NCBI GenBank assembly: GCA_018398765.1
Contig: JAHBMJ010000299.1
Span: 62,001-126,000 of the forward strand
DNA: 64,000 nucleotides
Reading direction: 5' to 3'
Origin: Chromera velia
Lineage: Eukaryota
Both the position numbers and the translations under genes were made by a program. The stretch's first letter is position 1. Each line of letters opens with the position of its first letter. The notes beneath the pieces are model-generated. The model was not told the origin of the DNA. It saw only the letters and a program-made list of their open reading frames with translations, and did no database searches. Shown piece by piece: positions 25,624-38,272 of the stretch.

Positions 25624-27165
25624 ATGGCAAGGCAGATTTCACCAGAGCTGCATGCCGTCCTGCAAAAGGCGCTTGAAGGGTGCCTTCTGGGAGATCAGCT
25701 GGGCGCGTGGAAAACGCGTCTTGAAAATGCAGGAATACTAAGGTGAGATTCAACGTCTCCAAAATACTACACCGGACTGAACTCACCTGTCTTCAACTGT
25801 TCGCAACCGTGCAGCTGTGGCAGCTGTGCTGCTCGCCTGTAGACGAACGACATGTTAATGTGCGACAGTTTTCGTTTCTCGTAGGATTGCCTCTCACTAT
25901 GTGAGTATCTGGCTCTTTACACACACTTTCTTTATTGCCGTCTCCCGTCGTGCCTGTCTCTGTCTTTGCAGCACGGATGCCCTGCTGGGGTTCTTTCGGA
26001 CCGGGATGCAAGTCCGGCATCTCCAAATGGACCCAGCGCTTTTTGCGCTTTTGCTTCTCGAAGTGCAAGGCATCGAGAGGCACAGGCATGTTCTGACTGA
26101 GGCAGAAGTCTCCAGAATCGGTGACCTTGATTTCACTCACTCGAAGAGAAGGTTGGTCTGCGTTAGGTTTCCTGCAGCAATATCAGTTCGCACGAGCTTG
26201 CTCCACAGTCATATCGTAGATCAAACCAGCTCGCATCCGCTCACATGCAATCGTCCCTCTCTCCGGGGAAGCTAGGATACACCGCCGGTTCTTCTCTTCC
26301 ACCGAGCTGCCTGCCTGTTTATGGATCCCTTGTGCAAATCGCACACAGGCCGCAGTGTTGATTCTAGACGTGGTCGGCTGTGGGTCCGTTGTTTTCATTG
26401 TGTGCCTGTGACCCACCTACCGCTACCATCTCTGGCTCTGTGTATGCAGGAGCTTGTCCAGGAGCAGCTCCTCCAATTCGGGCATCCTTCGAGGCAGCCG
26501 CATCCGGGGGGGAGAGGAGGCCTACAGGTGCAGACACAGGGACTTCAGAGCGTGACAGGGAGAGGGAGGCGGACCCGGCATCTTCGGCTCTGTGGGAATG
26601 CCGCAGGGACGGCCGATTTGAGTCTCAGAGAGCGCATAAGGGTGCGGATCAGGGTCATGCGGGTTGTGCAGAACAGAACGGCACTGCAAGGAGCGGGAGT
26701 AGGGAGGAAGACCTGGCAGCACAAAGAGAGGGTGGCCGGCGCGCTTGGGAAGGTCATGAGAAAGCTCTCCCGCTGCCCAGAGGAAAGCGAGAGGTAAAAG
26801 ACGAAAAGGAGAGGCGGGTCGAAGTGAAACGAGAGGAATCTCACCCCTCTGCCTCTGCCTCTGCCTCCTCTTCCGGACCCCGTCTCCACGTCTCCAGGAT
26901 TTCCTCTGGAGAGGGGGGGAGACAAGTTGAAACTGAGGAGGCCGAGCGGATTCCGAAAAGAAGGAGAGTTGGGGAGGCGGTGAAGGAGGAGGAAGAGAGG
27001 GAGGAGGGGGAAAGGGGCTCTAAAGAGGATGAGGAAATGGGTTTGAGAAGGGAAAATACGGGGTTGAGCGAACGAGTGAAGATGGAGGAGCAAGAGGAGG
27101 AGGAGGAGGAAGAGGATGAAGCAGACGGGCACAGGTAGGCCAATCAATGGCATTTCCCTCCCTCT

Positions 27166-27199
<34 letters not shown>

Positions 27200-30100
27200 G
27201 TGTCTGTCTGTCTGTCTCTGTGTGTGTATGTGTGTGTGTGTGTGCCCGCGCGCGCGTCACTCACTGTGTGCACGTACCGTGGGAGCAGTTCAAAGGCAAA
27301 GGTTGACTTTCTATGCTCTTGCACAACAAACTCCCCCACAGTTTCTGTGATCCGTGCATGTTCGTCTTTCCTCCCAGACAGTGGCTCTTGACACTAGCTG
27401 GTTGTTCTGTCGACTGATTGGCAGCTCTTCATGTGATGCTTTCCCTCCCAATCGCTTGTCATGTCCCCTTCCCTTCTCCCCCCTCGATGCATCAGCGCGG
27501 ATAGCCGGGCCAGACCACCCAGGGTGATCGAGGTGGACGTCGGGGACGTGACGCGCCACCGCTACATCCTCGTGAGGACTGCGGACTCCGAGTGGGCGAT
27601 GGCGCTCCTCTTCGCCTTCTTGAAGACGGCCTACGCGGACGGGTTTCTTCCCGATCTCCTTCCAACCTTCCGGTCAGCAGAATAGAGGGAGGGTCCCGGA
27701 TCAACTTAGAGCTCCCGACTTTTCGTTCCAGCTTGGCTTGTGATCACGGTCTGCAGCTCTGTCAAAGCAAGCCAGAAGGGGAAAAAGTTTCTCCGCAGGC
27801 CACTGAACATCTCAGTGAGGTCGAGGGAGCACTTTCCAGCGTCAGTCTGCTGGAGAACGGGCGTGTGTCGGCAGATCTTCGCTCACCTCCCTTCCTCTCT
27901 GCTCTGCGTGCGTGCAGCTGCCCGAAGCGCATGAAGAAAAAGGGAAAGAGCGAAAAGGACAAACACGTCCGATCGAGGGGAACGACATGTTTTGGACCTC
28001 GGTGTTTTCTCCTCCTCGAGTTGGTCGAGCAGACAGAGCCTTGTGAGTCCGCTTCATCCTCTTCATCCTCTTCTTCCTCTTCCTCCTCTTGGTCCTCCGG
28101 AACACGTGCCGCAGCGTCCACCCCCTTCAGCGGCGCCAAAAACGACAACGGCGTCGATTTGCTGGTGTCTCGGCAGGACGGGGGCGCACCTGAGGAGTTG
28201 GGTGAGGGGAGTTGGAGGGTCGTCGGAATGATCGATCCCTGCCACTGTAAAGTGAGTCACTAAGTGAGTCACCCAGCCTGAATCTTATGCGAACTCGTCA
28301 AAGGAAACGTTTTGGCATTCCGAGAGAGCACCCGTCTTTCTTATATGTCCTTCGCAAAGTTGCTCGGGGCTGTGCCCATAGGTGCCGAGTCTTTGTGACA
28401 GCAACACAAAAGGGCATAGAAACGTTTAATGCCTTTTCATTCTCTCTCTCTCATTCTCTCTCTCTCATTCTCTCTCTCTCTCTCTCCTTCTCTTCCTCCC
28501 TTCTCCCCCCCCACACTCCCTCTCTCTCTGTGCGTTCCGTCTCTTTCTTTCTACCCATTTGGAAGCAAAAACACACCGTTCCTGTTGCCCGCCCGCCTCG
28601 TCTGCGTTCTTGTCCCTCACGGTTGTCTTCTCCCCCCCGCGTCCCCCTCCTTCCTTTCAGATGCCAAGTAAACACAAGAAGGTGTTGGTCAGCTACGGAG
28701 TGGCATCACTTCTCTCTCCCCCAGGCCCGCGACGAGTGACGGGAGTTTTACCTGTTGTCTCCGAGGACCTGAAGAAGTACGACTTCAGGCAGAGTCACAT
28801 GATGAGAACGCTGCCCCTCTCGTCAAGCAGACAGAGGGAGGGACAGGCAAAGGCACAGGGAAGGAGAGGCAGAGGAACAAGAGAACAAGCACTGAAAGAG
28901 GAATTCCGGTCTTTCCTGAACATCTTCTTTGTTGGCTTGCCTCCCTCTCCGGCAGGTGAGTGCATGAAGAGTGAGTGAGGTTTGACTGAGTGAGTGAGCA
29001 AGCCACAGAGTCGGTAGATCAGAAAGCAGGTGGGACAGTTTGTAATTCAGTGGACAGCCAGCAGGCGAATGAGTAAGTTTCCAAGCATTTCTCAGGTGAG
29101 TAGCTGGCTGAAAGGGTGAAAGAGTATGAAAGTGAGTGAGAGAGCTCGAGAGGGACAGAAGGTGACTGACAGCTAGGGGGGCAGAGAGACACAGACAGAG
29201 AAAGCAGGGGGCTTCCGGAGTGAAGGGACCGAAATAAATTTATGCAGGGTGGACTTCTTCGTCTCTCCGAAGAGAGAGACTAGCAAGGATGCTGTTACTC
29301 TTCATAAATGATGCTCAGCTGCTTTCCATGCACCACACTTTCCTGCCTGCCGCTATGTTACGTTAACCTTTTCTCGCTCCATTCGCATTCTAATCACTGC
29401 AGGCTCGCTTCCTCTCGACCGCCGTCTGTGTCTCGACCACTACGCGATCCTTGCCCTGGCGACGAAGTCTCTGTTGAGGTCTTCAAACGGTTCTGCTCAG
29501 TTCTTGCAGAATTGCTGGTTCTGGAAGAATCAGTGGGTACAGTGCTCGCCCCATCCGGATGAGAGGGACAGAATGATCTGGCCCCTCTGCAGCTTCGTGC
29601 ATGTCAGACACGTGACCAGGGACGGTGCTGGCGCAGTCGAGGTGTGTGCAGTCTTTAGAAAGGCCAAGCTGTTGTCTGGATCCATCTGCACGCATCGCCT
29701 GTGGGTTATTAGAGAAAGCTGGAATTGAGACTCTTGGTTACTTTCATGGTGAAGAACTGCCAAGTCGTGCTCCTTTGTCAATGATCCTGGATCATGTTCA
29801 AGTGAATTGAATTGAATTTTTTAACGTTGACTACGCTAGAGAGGGTTCTGCAAATCACAGCAGCTTTTCGAGCATGAGTCGAATAATGAGCTCTCGTGGT
29901 TGTTGCAGCATAAAAGTTTCAATCGCTGGATAAGGTTGCAATTTTTCACCTAAATTCTTTTTGCCAAGTGATTTTCACGCTTGGATTTGCTTGATGCGTG
30001 CAGATTGACACTCTGGACGAGCCAGTGGGGATCGTCCTCTCCGCCCTGGGGTTTGAGCAGACAGAACGTGTGCTGTGGGAGTCTGACAAGCCGCACTTCA

Positions 30101-30321
30101 GGAAAGTCATGGTGCAGACGGATGAAGGACGACTTGTGAACGACCAATCACCGAAAGAGCTATACGAAAGCATGAATTCGATGTTTGAAAGGAGAGAAAT
30201 TGTTGGCTTTGGGAGGGAAGGGGAAGCGCAACTCGTTCTGACGAGTGGAAGGGCGGTCGCGGACGAAGATGACAAGGCTGCCTACGGGGAGGCGGGGGAC
30301 CGGGGCCATCACCAGGCCTAG
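25624..30321 (+). CDS. Multi-exon hypothetical protein with acidic low-complexity segment
   Basis: Candidate exons with splice-like ends at ~25624-25742, 25971-26120, 26450-27134, 27496-27672, 28661-28955, 29403-29641 and 30004-30321. Protein-like segments include RPPRVIEVDVGDVTRHRYILVRT and IDTLDEPVGIVLSALGFEQ. No family recognised and internal exon structure is uncertain. Confidence 0.55.
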
Positions 30322-30758
30322 CACCAGGCGTGAAAAGGGCCTAGATGAAAGAAACTGCTTATCAGATTTCTATTCAGATTTCTAAACAGTAGCGCTTCCC
30401 GGTCGGAAGTATTCAAGTTGTGTACCATGCCTTACCATGCCTTTGTATTAATAGTGTACGTTGCTAGGGTTGGACACTAAAGTTTTTTTTATAATATAGT
30501 TTGCTTGCAAAACTTTAAACTTTAACTTTAAAACTTTTAAAGTAAAGATGCAACCACACATGCAAAAGCTCATTTAAAAGACATTGCTAGAGAAGTTGGT
30601 TTCATTTATATTATTGCAGATAAAGTTGATGCTTTATAAATTACTAGATATACTATAGTTATGCAAAAGTTTTTTTAATTTGAAAACGATGTATGTAATG
30701 TATTACTATATTAATTACAATTCTCACAAAAATTCCTAGAAACAACGTTAATATAAAT

Positions 30759-31213
30759 TCAAACAACTGGTAACTTTGGTCCTCTGGGATCTTTCTCCAA
30801 GAAATCCACTTCTTTTTTTCTAACAATCTCTTCTCCTAACAGACGATGGCGGCTGCTTACAACTACTACTCCCCCGGGTCTCTTCTCGATGTATGCCAAC
30901 GTTGGCGCAACATCTTTGATATTTGCCAATTCAAAGTCTTCTACCCACTCCGAGTCGGCAGCCCCAAAGTGCTGAAAAAACTCCAAATCCTCTGTACCCT
31001 TCTCTTTGTCTCGAATGTATCTCACCACTCGGACCGTCAATTTCTCGTTTTTGGCTACTAGGTACACAGGAGAGAAAACCCGGGTTCCAGATGATATAAA
31101 AATGCCCTCAACCAGCCCTAGTTCGAGGCAGACTGTACCGTTTTCATGTTCCTCACTAGGATTAGTGCAGTCCTCGAGGACATGGATGCCCGAGGAGAGC
31201 AGGTCGACTCCGA
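30759..31213 (-). pseudogene. C-terminal remnant of an element-encoded protein
   Basis: Stop-free ~150 codons without an ATG start (...CLELGLVEGIFISSGTRVFSPVYLVAKNEKLTVRVVRYIRDKEKG...PKLPVV*) inside the TIR element. Confidence 0.5.
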
Positions 31214-32043
31214 CTCAGATGTCGGGGACAGGGAGGGCTCCAACGACGAGGAGGGCAGCGAGCTATCCAACGAAGAGGAGGAGGAGAGTGATGAGGAGGA
31301 GGAGGAGGAGACACCTCGTCACTCCTACTCCACAGCCAGCCGCCGCTCGCGCTGTCCAACCGTCTCTTCTGACATAGCTGAGTGAGCCCCGAAGCGTCAC
31401 CGTGTCAAGAACTGCCGCGCGCTCGAAGAGTCGGATGATGAGTGAGGAGAGAGAAATTAATATCAAATTATGTTTCCCTTTCATCTGTTTTCTTTTTTCT
31501 TCTTCTCTTTTTGTGCAATCATTCGTACCTTTAAATGTAGATAAGGCAAAGTCGAGTTCGTTCATCTTGTGTGCATTTGTGTTGATCGCCTATCGCATGC
31601 AGAAAATCTATGTAGTACTTAGTGACCATGTTTGATTTGATTATATTTGATTTGATTTGATTTGATTTGATTTGATTTGAGCTTCAACCTCAAATATTTG
31701 ATATTTGAGGTAAGATTTGAGGTCAACCTCTTGGGGTTCCTCACTAAGTCACTGACTTACTGTCACTCTGATCATTTTTCTCAAATTCTCATAACAATAG
31801 TTATCAGAACATTTCTGATATGTGTTTCAAAAATTCAAAAAAATATACATAAAATTATAACTTATCAGTTCCATAAAAAAAATATGCCTGTGTGGCAGTG
31901 TATATACACTAGTCACTGAGACTCACTCTAGTACTAATAGAGATTAAGAACGTAAAATTGATAGATTTGAAATTACATATGACTTTTTGTTGATACGATA
32001 AAGTTAGAGCACGTACCAAAATTGAAGTGACAATCACTCAGCT

Positions 32044-32810
32044 TTATGGCACTTCCTTTTCTTCTTCTTCGTGATCACTTTCTTCAATGTGAATCGAATC
32101 GATCGGTGGTGGGAGCTGCTGAGAGCTTTTTCTCTGGCTTTTCAGCTTTCCAGGAGTGGGTGCTCCTGGGCTTCTATTCGGTTGCGGAGAGATGACAACG
32201 GGGTGAGACGGAGAACCGTGCACACGTTTGCTATTGCTGTTAGTGTTGGAACCGTCCTGTTTCTGGGTAGCTAAGCATCCAGAGTTGGTAAGTTCGGCTA
32301 CCTTCTATGCCACACCAGGGCCGACAACAAGCCCTTTGTGTTGGAGGTAAATATAGAGAGGTCGGTAGCCTTCCTCACCTGGAGTGATGACTTTCTCAGG
32401 AGGGGGAAGTTTCCCCCTAGCCTTCTCAGCATTTGCGTCTGCGGCCGCCTCCTTTGGTTTCAAATTGGTCCTCCCGCCGGGCCCTGCAGGAGCGGCCCCC
32501 CCTCCAGCACTGTCAGTAGCCCCCTTGTTGCCTTTTCCCTTACCTTTCTGGAACTGCTCCACACTGACAGGGAATGTAGTCGCAGCCTTTCGACACTCGG
32601 GGTCAGGGGCATGCTGCAATCTCTCGTGGTTCACATCCAAAATGTCCTAGTCATACAGCATGTCTCCGGTAGCGAATTGGTCAAAAGCGGGGTACTTCAC
32701 CCGTGGATCCGTCTCGTAGGCGACCATATTTTTTTTGTGTACCCGGCTCTAAAAACAAATGCCTCCTTCTTCCCGTTCGACCCTGTCGGATTGTATGACA
32801 TGTCTTTATG
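32044..32810 (-). pseudogene. Disrupted ORF inside the hAT-like element (second partial copy ~33546-34150)
   Basis: MVAYETDPRVKYPAFDQFATGDMLYD*DILDVNHERL...GPGVA*KVAELTNSG...EESDHEEEEKEVP*. The second TAG is CAG in the duplicate copy. No DDE core recognised. Confidence 0.5.
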
Positions 32811-34548
32811 GGGTGTAAAATGTTTGCAGACGCTCAAAAAGGGGGCCATAAAAGATGTTCCAGCACTAGAAAAGTTAACACAGCTGTTCAGAAAAACATT
32901 CAGCTGATCGGTTTACCTCTAGATGAAGTAAAAGGGGGTGAAACGTCAATTTCAGTGCAGCTCAAAACGTTTTTTTTTTGAAAGCAAACCATCAAGATTT
33001 AGGTTTTTTCATTTGAATCAGCATGCGTGACGGATCGGTACTTGCAAAAGTTTTTTCGGGACCTTCATATTTGAGGTTGAAAGTCATATTGATCAAATAT
33101 TTGATCGTATTTGATAGGTCTTTAAACACTAGGTCCTCCCTGACTGGATATTTGATTTGAGCTTAAGCCCTACCTCAAATCAAATCAAATCAAATCAAAN
33201 NNNNNNNNNNNNNNNNNNNNNNNNNNNNNNNNNNNNNNNNNNNNNNNNNNNNNNNNNNNNNNNNNNNNNNNNNNNNNNNNNNNNNNNNNNNNNNNNNNNN
33301 NNNNNNNNNNNNNNNNNNNNNNNNNNNNNNNNNNNNNNNNNNNNNNNNNNNNNNNNNNNNNNNNNNNNNNNNNNNNNNNNNNNNNNNNNNNNNNNNNNNN
33401 NNNNNNNNNNNNNNNNNNNNNNNNNNNNNNNNNNNNNNNNNNNNNNNNNNNNNNNNNNNNNNNNNNNNNNNNNNNNNNNNNNNNNNNNNNNNNNNNNNNN
33501 NNNNNNNNNNNNNNNNNNNNNNNNNNNNNNNNNNNNNNNNNNNNNAACGGGGTGAGACGGAGAACCGCGCACACGTTTGCTATTGCTGTTAGTGTTGGAA
33601 CCGTCCTGTTTCTGGGTAGCTAAGCATCCAGAGTTGGTAAGTTCGGCTACCTTCTGTGCCACACCAGGGCCGACAACAAGCCCTTTGTGTTGGAGGTAAA
33701 TATAGAGAGGTCGGTAGCCTTCCTCACCTGGAGTGATGACTTTCTCAGGAGGGGGAAGTTTCCCCCTAGCCTTCTCAGCATTTGCGTCTGCGGCCGCCTC
33801 CTTTGGTTTCAAATTGGTCCTCCCGCCGGGCCCTGCAGGAGCGGCCCCCCCTCCAGCACTGTCAGTAGCCCCCTTGTTGCCTTTTCCCTTGCCTTTCTGG
33901 AACTGCTCCACACTGACAGGGAATGTAGTCGCAGCCTTTCGACACTCGGGGTCAGGGGCATGCTGCAATCTCTCGTGGTTCACATCCAAAATGTCCTAGT
34001 CATACAGCATGTCTCCGGTAGCGAATTGGTCAAAAGCGGGGTACTTCACCCGTGGATCCGTCTCGTAGGCGACCATATTTTTTTTGTGTACCCGGCTCTA
34101 AAAACAAATGCCTCCTTCTTCCCGTTCGACCCTGTCGGATTGTATGACATGTCTTTATGGGGTGTAAAATGTTTGCAGACGCTCAAAAAGGGGGCCATAA
34201 AAGATGTTCCAGCACTAGAAAAGTTAACACAACTGTTCAAAAAAACATTCAGCTGATCGGTTTACCTCTAGATGAAGTAAAAGGGGGTGAAACGTCAATT
34301 TCAGTGCAGCTCAAAACGTTTTTTTTTTGAAAGCAAACCATCAAGATTTAGGTTTTTTCATTTGAATCAGCATGCGTGACGGATCGGTACTTGCAAAAGT
34401 TTTTTCGGGACCTTCATATTTGAGGTTGAAAGTCATATTGATCAAATATTTGATCGTATTTGATAGGTCTTTAAACACTAGGTCCTCCCTGACTGGATAT
34501 TTGATTTGAGTTTAAGCCCTACCTCAAATCAAATCAAATCAAATCAAA
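32197..34548. repeat. ~1-kb direct duplication (32197-33199 vs 33546-34548) spanning an assembly gap
   Basis: Near-identical copies offset by 1349 bp and separated by an N-run at 33200-33545; about six substitutions. Confidence 0.95.
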
Positions 34549-35868
34549 TCAAACATAGTCACTAGTAGTACTCCTCAATCGCTGGACTCCTTACCATGTG
34601 TTTGATAAATGTCGCAAGCACAAACTCTGTGTACATGATTCTTGAATTCGATCTTTTGATGGCTTCATACATAGACTTTCTTTATGTGCATTCTTAGGCG
34701 CGTTCTTGTATCAAGTCGCTGCATGAAAAGGAATTCCTGCGTTGCATACCTAGTCTGAAATCCATTGATTCTAATAATTGCGAGTGTTTACTTCCCAGTG
34801 CAAGTACATCCAAACTTTTGATCCGTGATGTCATCCGATCACTTTTCTTCTGATGCTAGATCCGATCGATCTCGTTGATGATTGTTTTTAATGTGAACAT
34901 AAATTTTAACTTAAAGAGACTAAGCTTGTGTCATCTTCTATGTAGGCTAGTTGATTACTTTAGTTATGAGTCTAACTTATGACTGACTTAATTAACGATC
35001 TACTCAAAAACTGATTGAAAAATATTTTTTTAAAATAAAGTCTAAAGGGCAAAAAAAAAAAATTAATAAAAAAAAACTTTAAAACTTTAGTGTCCAACCC
35101 TAGGTACGTTGGCACTAGCTGTAACAGTTATAGCTAGTATTATGAAGCAATCCTAATTGGGTTGTTCTAAAGGTTGTTTTACAACTATATACGATTAATT
35201 AATGCCAATTTCATTTAATAGTATATATATACATGAGTCGTTTTTGTGATAATTTACACTTATTTTAGTATATTTTAGCCTTATTCATAGCCTATTTGTG
35301 CCATGTTGAACATTTTTTTTTTTTTTAAGCTTAATAGCTTATCGAAGCTTTCCTGCATTTCAGTCTGCTTAAATCTACTTAAATCTACTTCAACTTAACT
35401 TTCGATCAATCTTGTAATGTTTTTGGGAAGGGATGTTAGAGTAAGGAAATCGAGATGTTAGTTAGTTATCCGGCTATTATAATTAACTGACACATCCAGG
35501 CGGGCCCGCCGCCTCCCCGCGCCCACGCAGCCCTCGATCAGGCTCCACATGAATGCAGCGCCCGCCGCCGGCGCTCCCCGCAATTCCCCGCACCCATCTC
35601 GTGCCGTCTACGCGCGCGTACAAAAAGAAAAAGATCTGACCTATAGCTGAAGAGTCGATGCAGACTGACTGATCGACTGTCCATGCAGCCAGATATAGCC
35701 AGAGTCACGCACCTTCCCAGCTGTGCAGCGACTTGAGTCCAGTTCTTCGACTTATAGAACTTTCCAGCAGAAGCCCTCTTGAGAGATCTGACAAGTTCTT
35801 TCGTACCTTCACGGTACCTCACTGTTGCTCATTGCTGGTCCGCTGCATTCTTACTCAGGTGAAAAGGT

Positions 35869-36912
35869 ATGTGTAACCCAAAGCGGACTGCCAAACCGCC
35901 TGAACAAGCAAAAGCACCAGTGGGTGCTCACAGCCAAACCACTGTGGGAGCAGTGACTACAAGCGATAAGACAAAGTTGCCCATCTGGAGACAGAGACCT
36001 CTGTTTCGGGGTAAAATCCACATCCTGTTGCTGCTCCTTTCGCCTTGGTGGATAGACGCGCTCCTATCTGCCTGTCATCCAGAACATTGGCAAGAGCTGG
36101 TTTTGGCATACATCTCGATTGTCTGTAAGATCATCAACTTCGCTGCTTCCGCCCTCTTTCATCACACTCACTTTGTGACGAAGGACCCCACCATTACGAT
36201 GTTCATGAACCGTTTGGACCATGTGGGCATCTTCTGCATGATTGCGGGGTCCTCCCTGCCTGTCACCCTCGCTCTCCCCCGCACAGGCGGCCTCGCACTT
36301 GCTGCCGTCCAGACGTTTTTCACAGTGGCAGGTATCTTCCTCGTCGTGACAGGCCGTTTGGACGGCCACGGGAAGAAGGGGCTCTCTCCCATCGGGGGGG
36401 CAAAGGGGGAAGAGAGTCCGGAGTCAAGGCTCAAGGCAGCAGCAGCGTCACAGGGTCTGGACCAACCGGTCAAAAGTCTGAAGGAATCTTCCGCATCGGT
36501 TTTGTCTCCTTCTGCAGGTGCAAGCACCGCCACAGGAGGTGCAGAATCAGATACGCCAAATCAATCAGAAGGTGCCACACCGCAACACTCCCCCGTCACT
36601 CATGCCCCATTCACCCGAGTGAAGGTGAAAGAACGCACCCTTCGCACAGGCCTTTTTTTGGGTATGGGTCTGTCGAATGCTCTGTTCTTTCCTGTTTTTT
36701 TGTTTTGCCTGAAACATGACGAGATCATCTACATTACCGCACTTGCCTCGCTGTACGTCATTGGGGGGCTGGTCTACGGAGTCAAATGGCCTGACCCTGT
36801 ACCGCAAGTTTTCGGGTTTCATGAGCTCTTCCACACATGTTGTGGTCTAGCGTTGATTCCTACCTTGCTTTTGCACGTTTCAATCTACAAACGGACCCCA
36901 GCGGTGATGTGA
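35869..36912 (+). CDS. Haemolysin-III/PAQR family multi-pass membrane protein, intronless CDS
   Basis: Motifs RGKIH, ASALFH, RLDHVGIFCMIAGS and YVIGGLVYGVKWPDPVPQVFGFHELFH (SxxxH, D and HxxxH metal site). Several hydrophobic helices and a ~90-aa low-complexity loop insertion. Confidence 0.9.
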   Translation: MCNPKRTAKPPEQAKAPVGAHSQTTVGAVTTSDKTKLPIWRQRPLFRGKIHILLLLLSPWWIDALLSACHPEHWQELVLAYISIVCKIINFAASALFHHTHFVTKDPTITMFMNRLDHVGIFCMIAGSSLPVTLALPRTGGLALAAVQTFFTVAGIFLVVTGRLDGHGKKGLSPIGGAKGEESPESRLKAAAASQGLDQPVKSLKESSASVLSPSAGASTATGGAESDTPNQSEGATPQHSPVTHAPFTRVKVKERTLRTGLFLGMGLSNALFFPVFLFCLKHDEIIYITALASLYVIGGLVYGVKWPDPVPQVFGFHELFHTCCGLALIPTLLLHVSIYKRTPAVM

Positions 36913-38100
36913 ACGTTCGCAGCAGCCATGCGGTTCGATTCGATGAGGGGCGTTGAGGGGGGAGTGCTGCCTGTGTCTGTGGCTCTATAAAGGAAAGAAA
37001 GGCCAGTGGAAAGGTGGAAAGCATGGAAGAGAGAAAGAAGCAAACAAACGAAATGACTGAAGTTTGCGACGCTCCAGTTGGACGTTCGTCTGTTCGCTTG
37101 AGTTTGCTTCTGATCTTCTTTTGTCTTTTCCACCTTCTGTTTGCGAGACTCCTCTTCACTTGAGATGCCTGCAAGTGCCCCTCATGCATGCCCTGGACTC
37201 TTTGCATTCCAAAGTCCGGGAGGGCGAGTTGTTTCAGCTGGCCCTCTCATCGTCTTGTTGTATGTAAACTGCAGTGCCGTTTACCCCAATGTTTACTCTT
37301 CTCGCTCGGATCTTTGTGATGCGCCTTTTTAAGGAATTCGTCTACGTACAGAGAAAGAATGAAAAAAGACCATTTCCTCTCGCATGCCCTCATTGGTGGA
37401 GGAAACTGTGAATTGAGGTGCAGGATGAAAGAAATGCTCGAAATGAAGGACAAAAGCCAGAGTGCGTTTTCAAGTCAGACATGAATGATTTTCGAACCAT
37501 GCAAGTCCGCCAGAGGCATGAAAGACAAAAGTCCAAAAAGTTGCCGTCTCCATGCAGAAGCATCATATATTGGATGTGAAGTGTCTCCCGGCTTCTTTAT
37601 CTGCCCTCTTCCTCCCTGCCCCCCTCACATTCTTTCATCATGGGTATCTGATAATTATGCATGGCCCGGGAATTTCGATTGCTTGCCTCATTTCTACCTC
37701 GCCAAGGGGCATAGGGTCCGACTGAGGGGTCAACAGCAATGGCTGTTGATGGATGTCATTTAAGAGAGTTTTGGACAGGCGAGTTGGACTACAGCAGTTA
37801 GCGCCAGATTCAGATAATTTAAGGGAAAAGAAGACATGCTTGAGCGATCTTGAGTGCCGTTCAGGAGGTAAGCTTCACTGGCAGGCGTGCACCGCCTATC
37901 CAAGTCAGATCAAACCATACACACATCAAATGAATCATGGTGTAATTTAACTTGACTCGTTACTTGAGTCTTGAGACCATTAATTTCTACTTCTGTTCTA
38001 GAACCAGTTTTGATTATTAATTTGATGTGAAGAAAAGAGTTGATCTGATGATGATGATTTGAGGGTTCAATCTTAGACCCAGCAACGCTAGATCCCAAGC

Positions 38101-38272
38101 TAGGAGTAATTTTCAAACAAAAAAACAAACAAAAAAAAACGGTCTCCGGACCTTTTTTTTTTTATAACCATGGTGGGGATGCAAAAACACCAGGGAACCA
38201 CACATTTTTTACATGAAAACAACAAAAAAAAAAAATGAAAATGACTTCTTTTTTTTTTGAAAATTACCTCTA
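38101..38272. mobile_element. 172-bp MITE with ~10-bp TSD (Mutator-like size)
   Basis: Ends TAGGAGTAATTTTCAAA / TTTGAAAATTACCTCTA. GATCCCAAGC is repeated at 38091-38100 and 38273-38282; the boundary is ambiguous by 2-3 bp. Confidence 0.75.

Larger units (their letters stand above)
31620..34564. mobile_element. Nested non-autonomous hAT-like DNA transposon
   Basis: Ends TAGTGACCATGTTTGATTTG... and ...CAAATCAAACATAGTCACTA fit the hAT (T/C)AGNG terminus. Subterminal (TTTGA)n arrays at both ends. 8-bp TSD GTAGTACT at 31612-31619 and 34565-34572. Confidence 0.88.
30464..35103. mobile_element. Non-autonomous TIR DNA transposon, 8-bp TSD, superfamily unassigned; carries a nested element
   Basis: TIR CTAGGGTTGGACACTAAAGTTTT at 30464 with an exact inverse ending at 35103. 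Direct repeat GTACGTTG immediately flanks both ends (30456-30463, 35104-35111). Confidence 0.9.

Noticed and set aside
30464..30472. Telomeric repeat (TAGGGTT) at the TIR ends
   Set aside because: Single unit only and part of a transposon TIR; there is no tandem telomeric array anywhere in the window.
32338..32907. 189-aa plus-strand ORF (duplicated at 33687-34256) as a real gene
   Set aside because: It has a non-ATG start and no motif, and it is the antisense shadow of the more protein-like minus-strand frame in the hAT-like element.
33157..33574. ORFs spanning the N-run
   Set aside because: Artefacts of translating an assembly gap.
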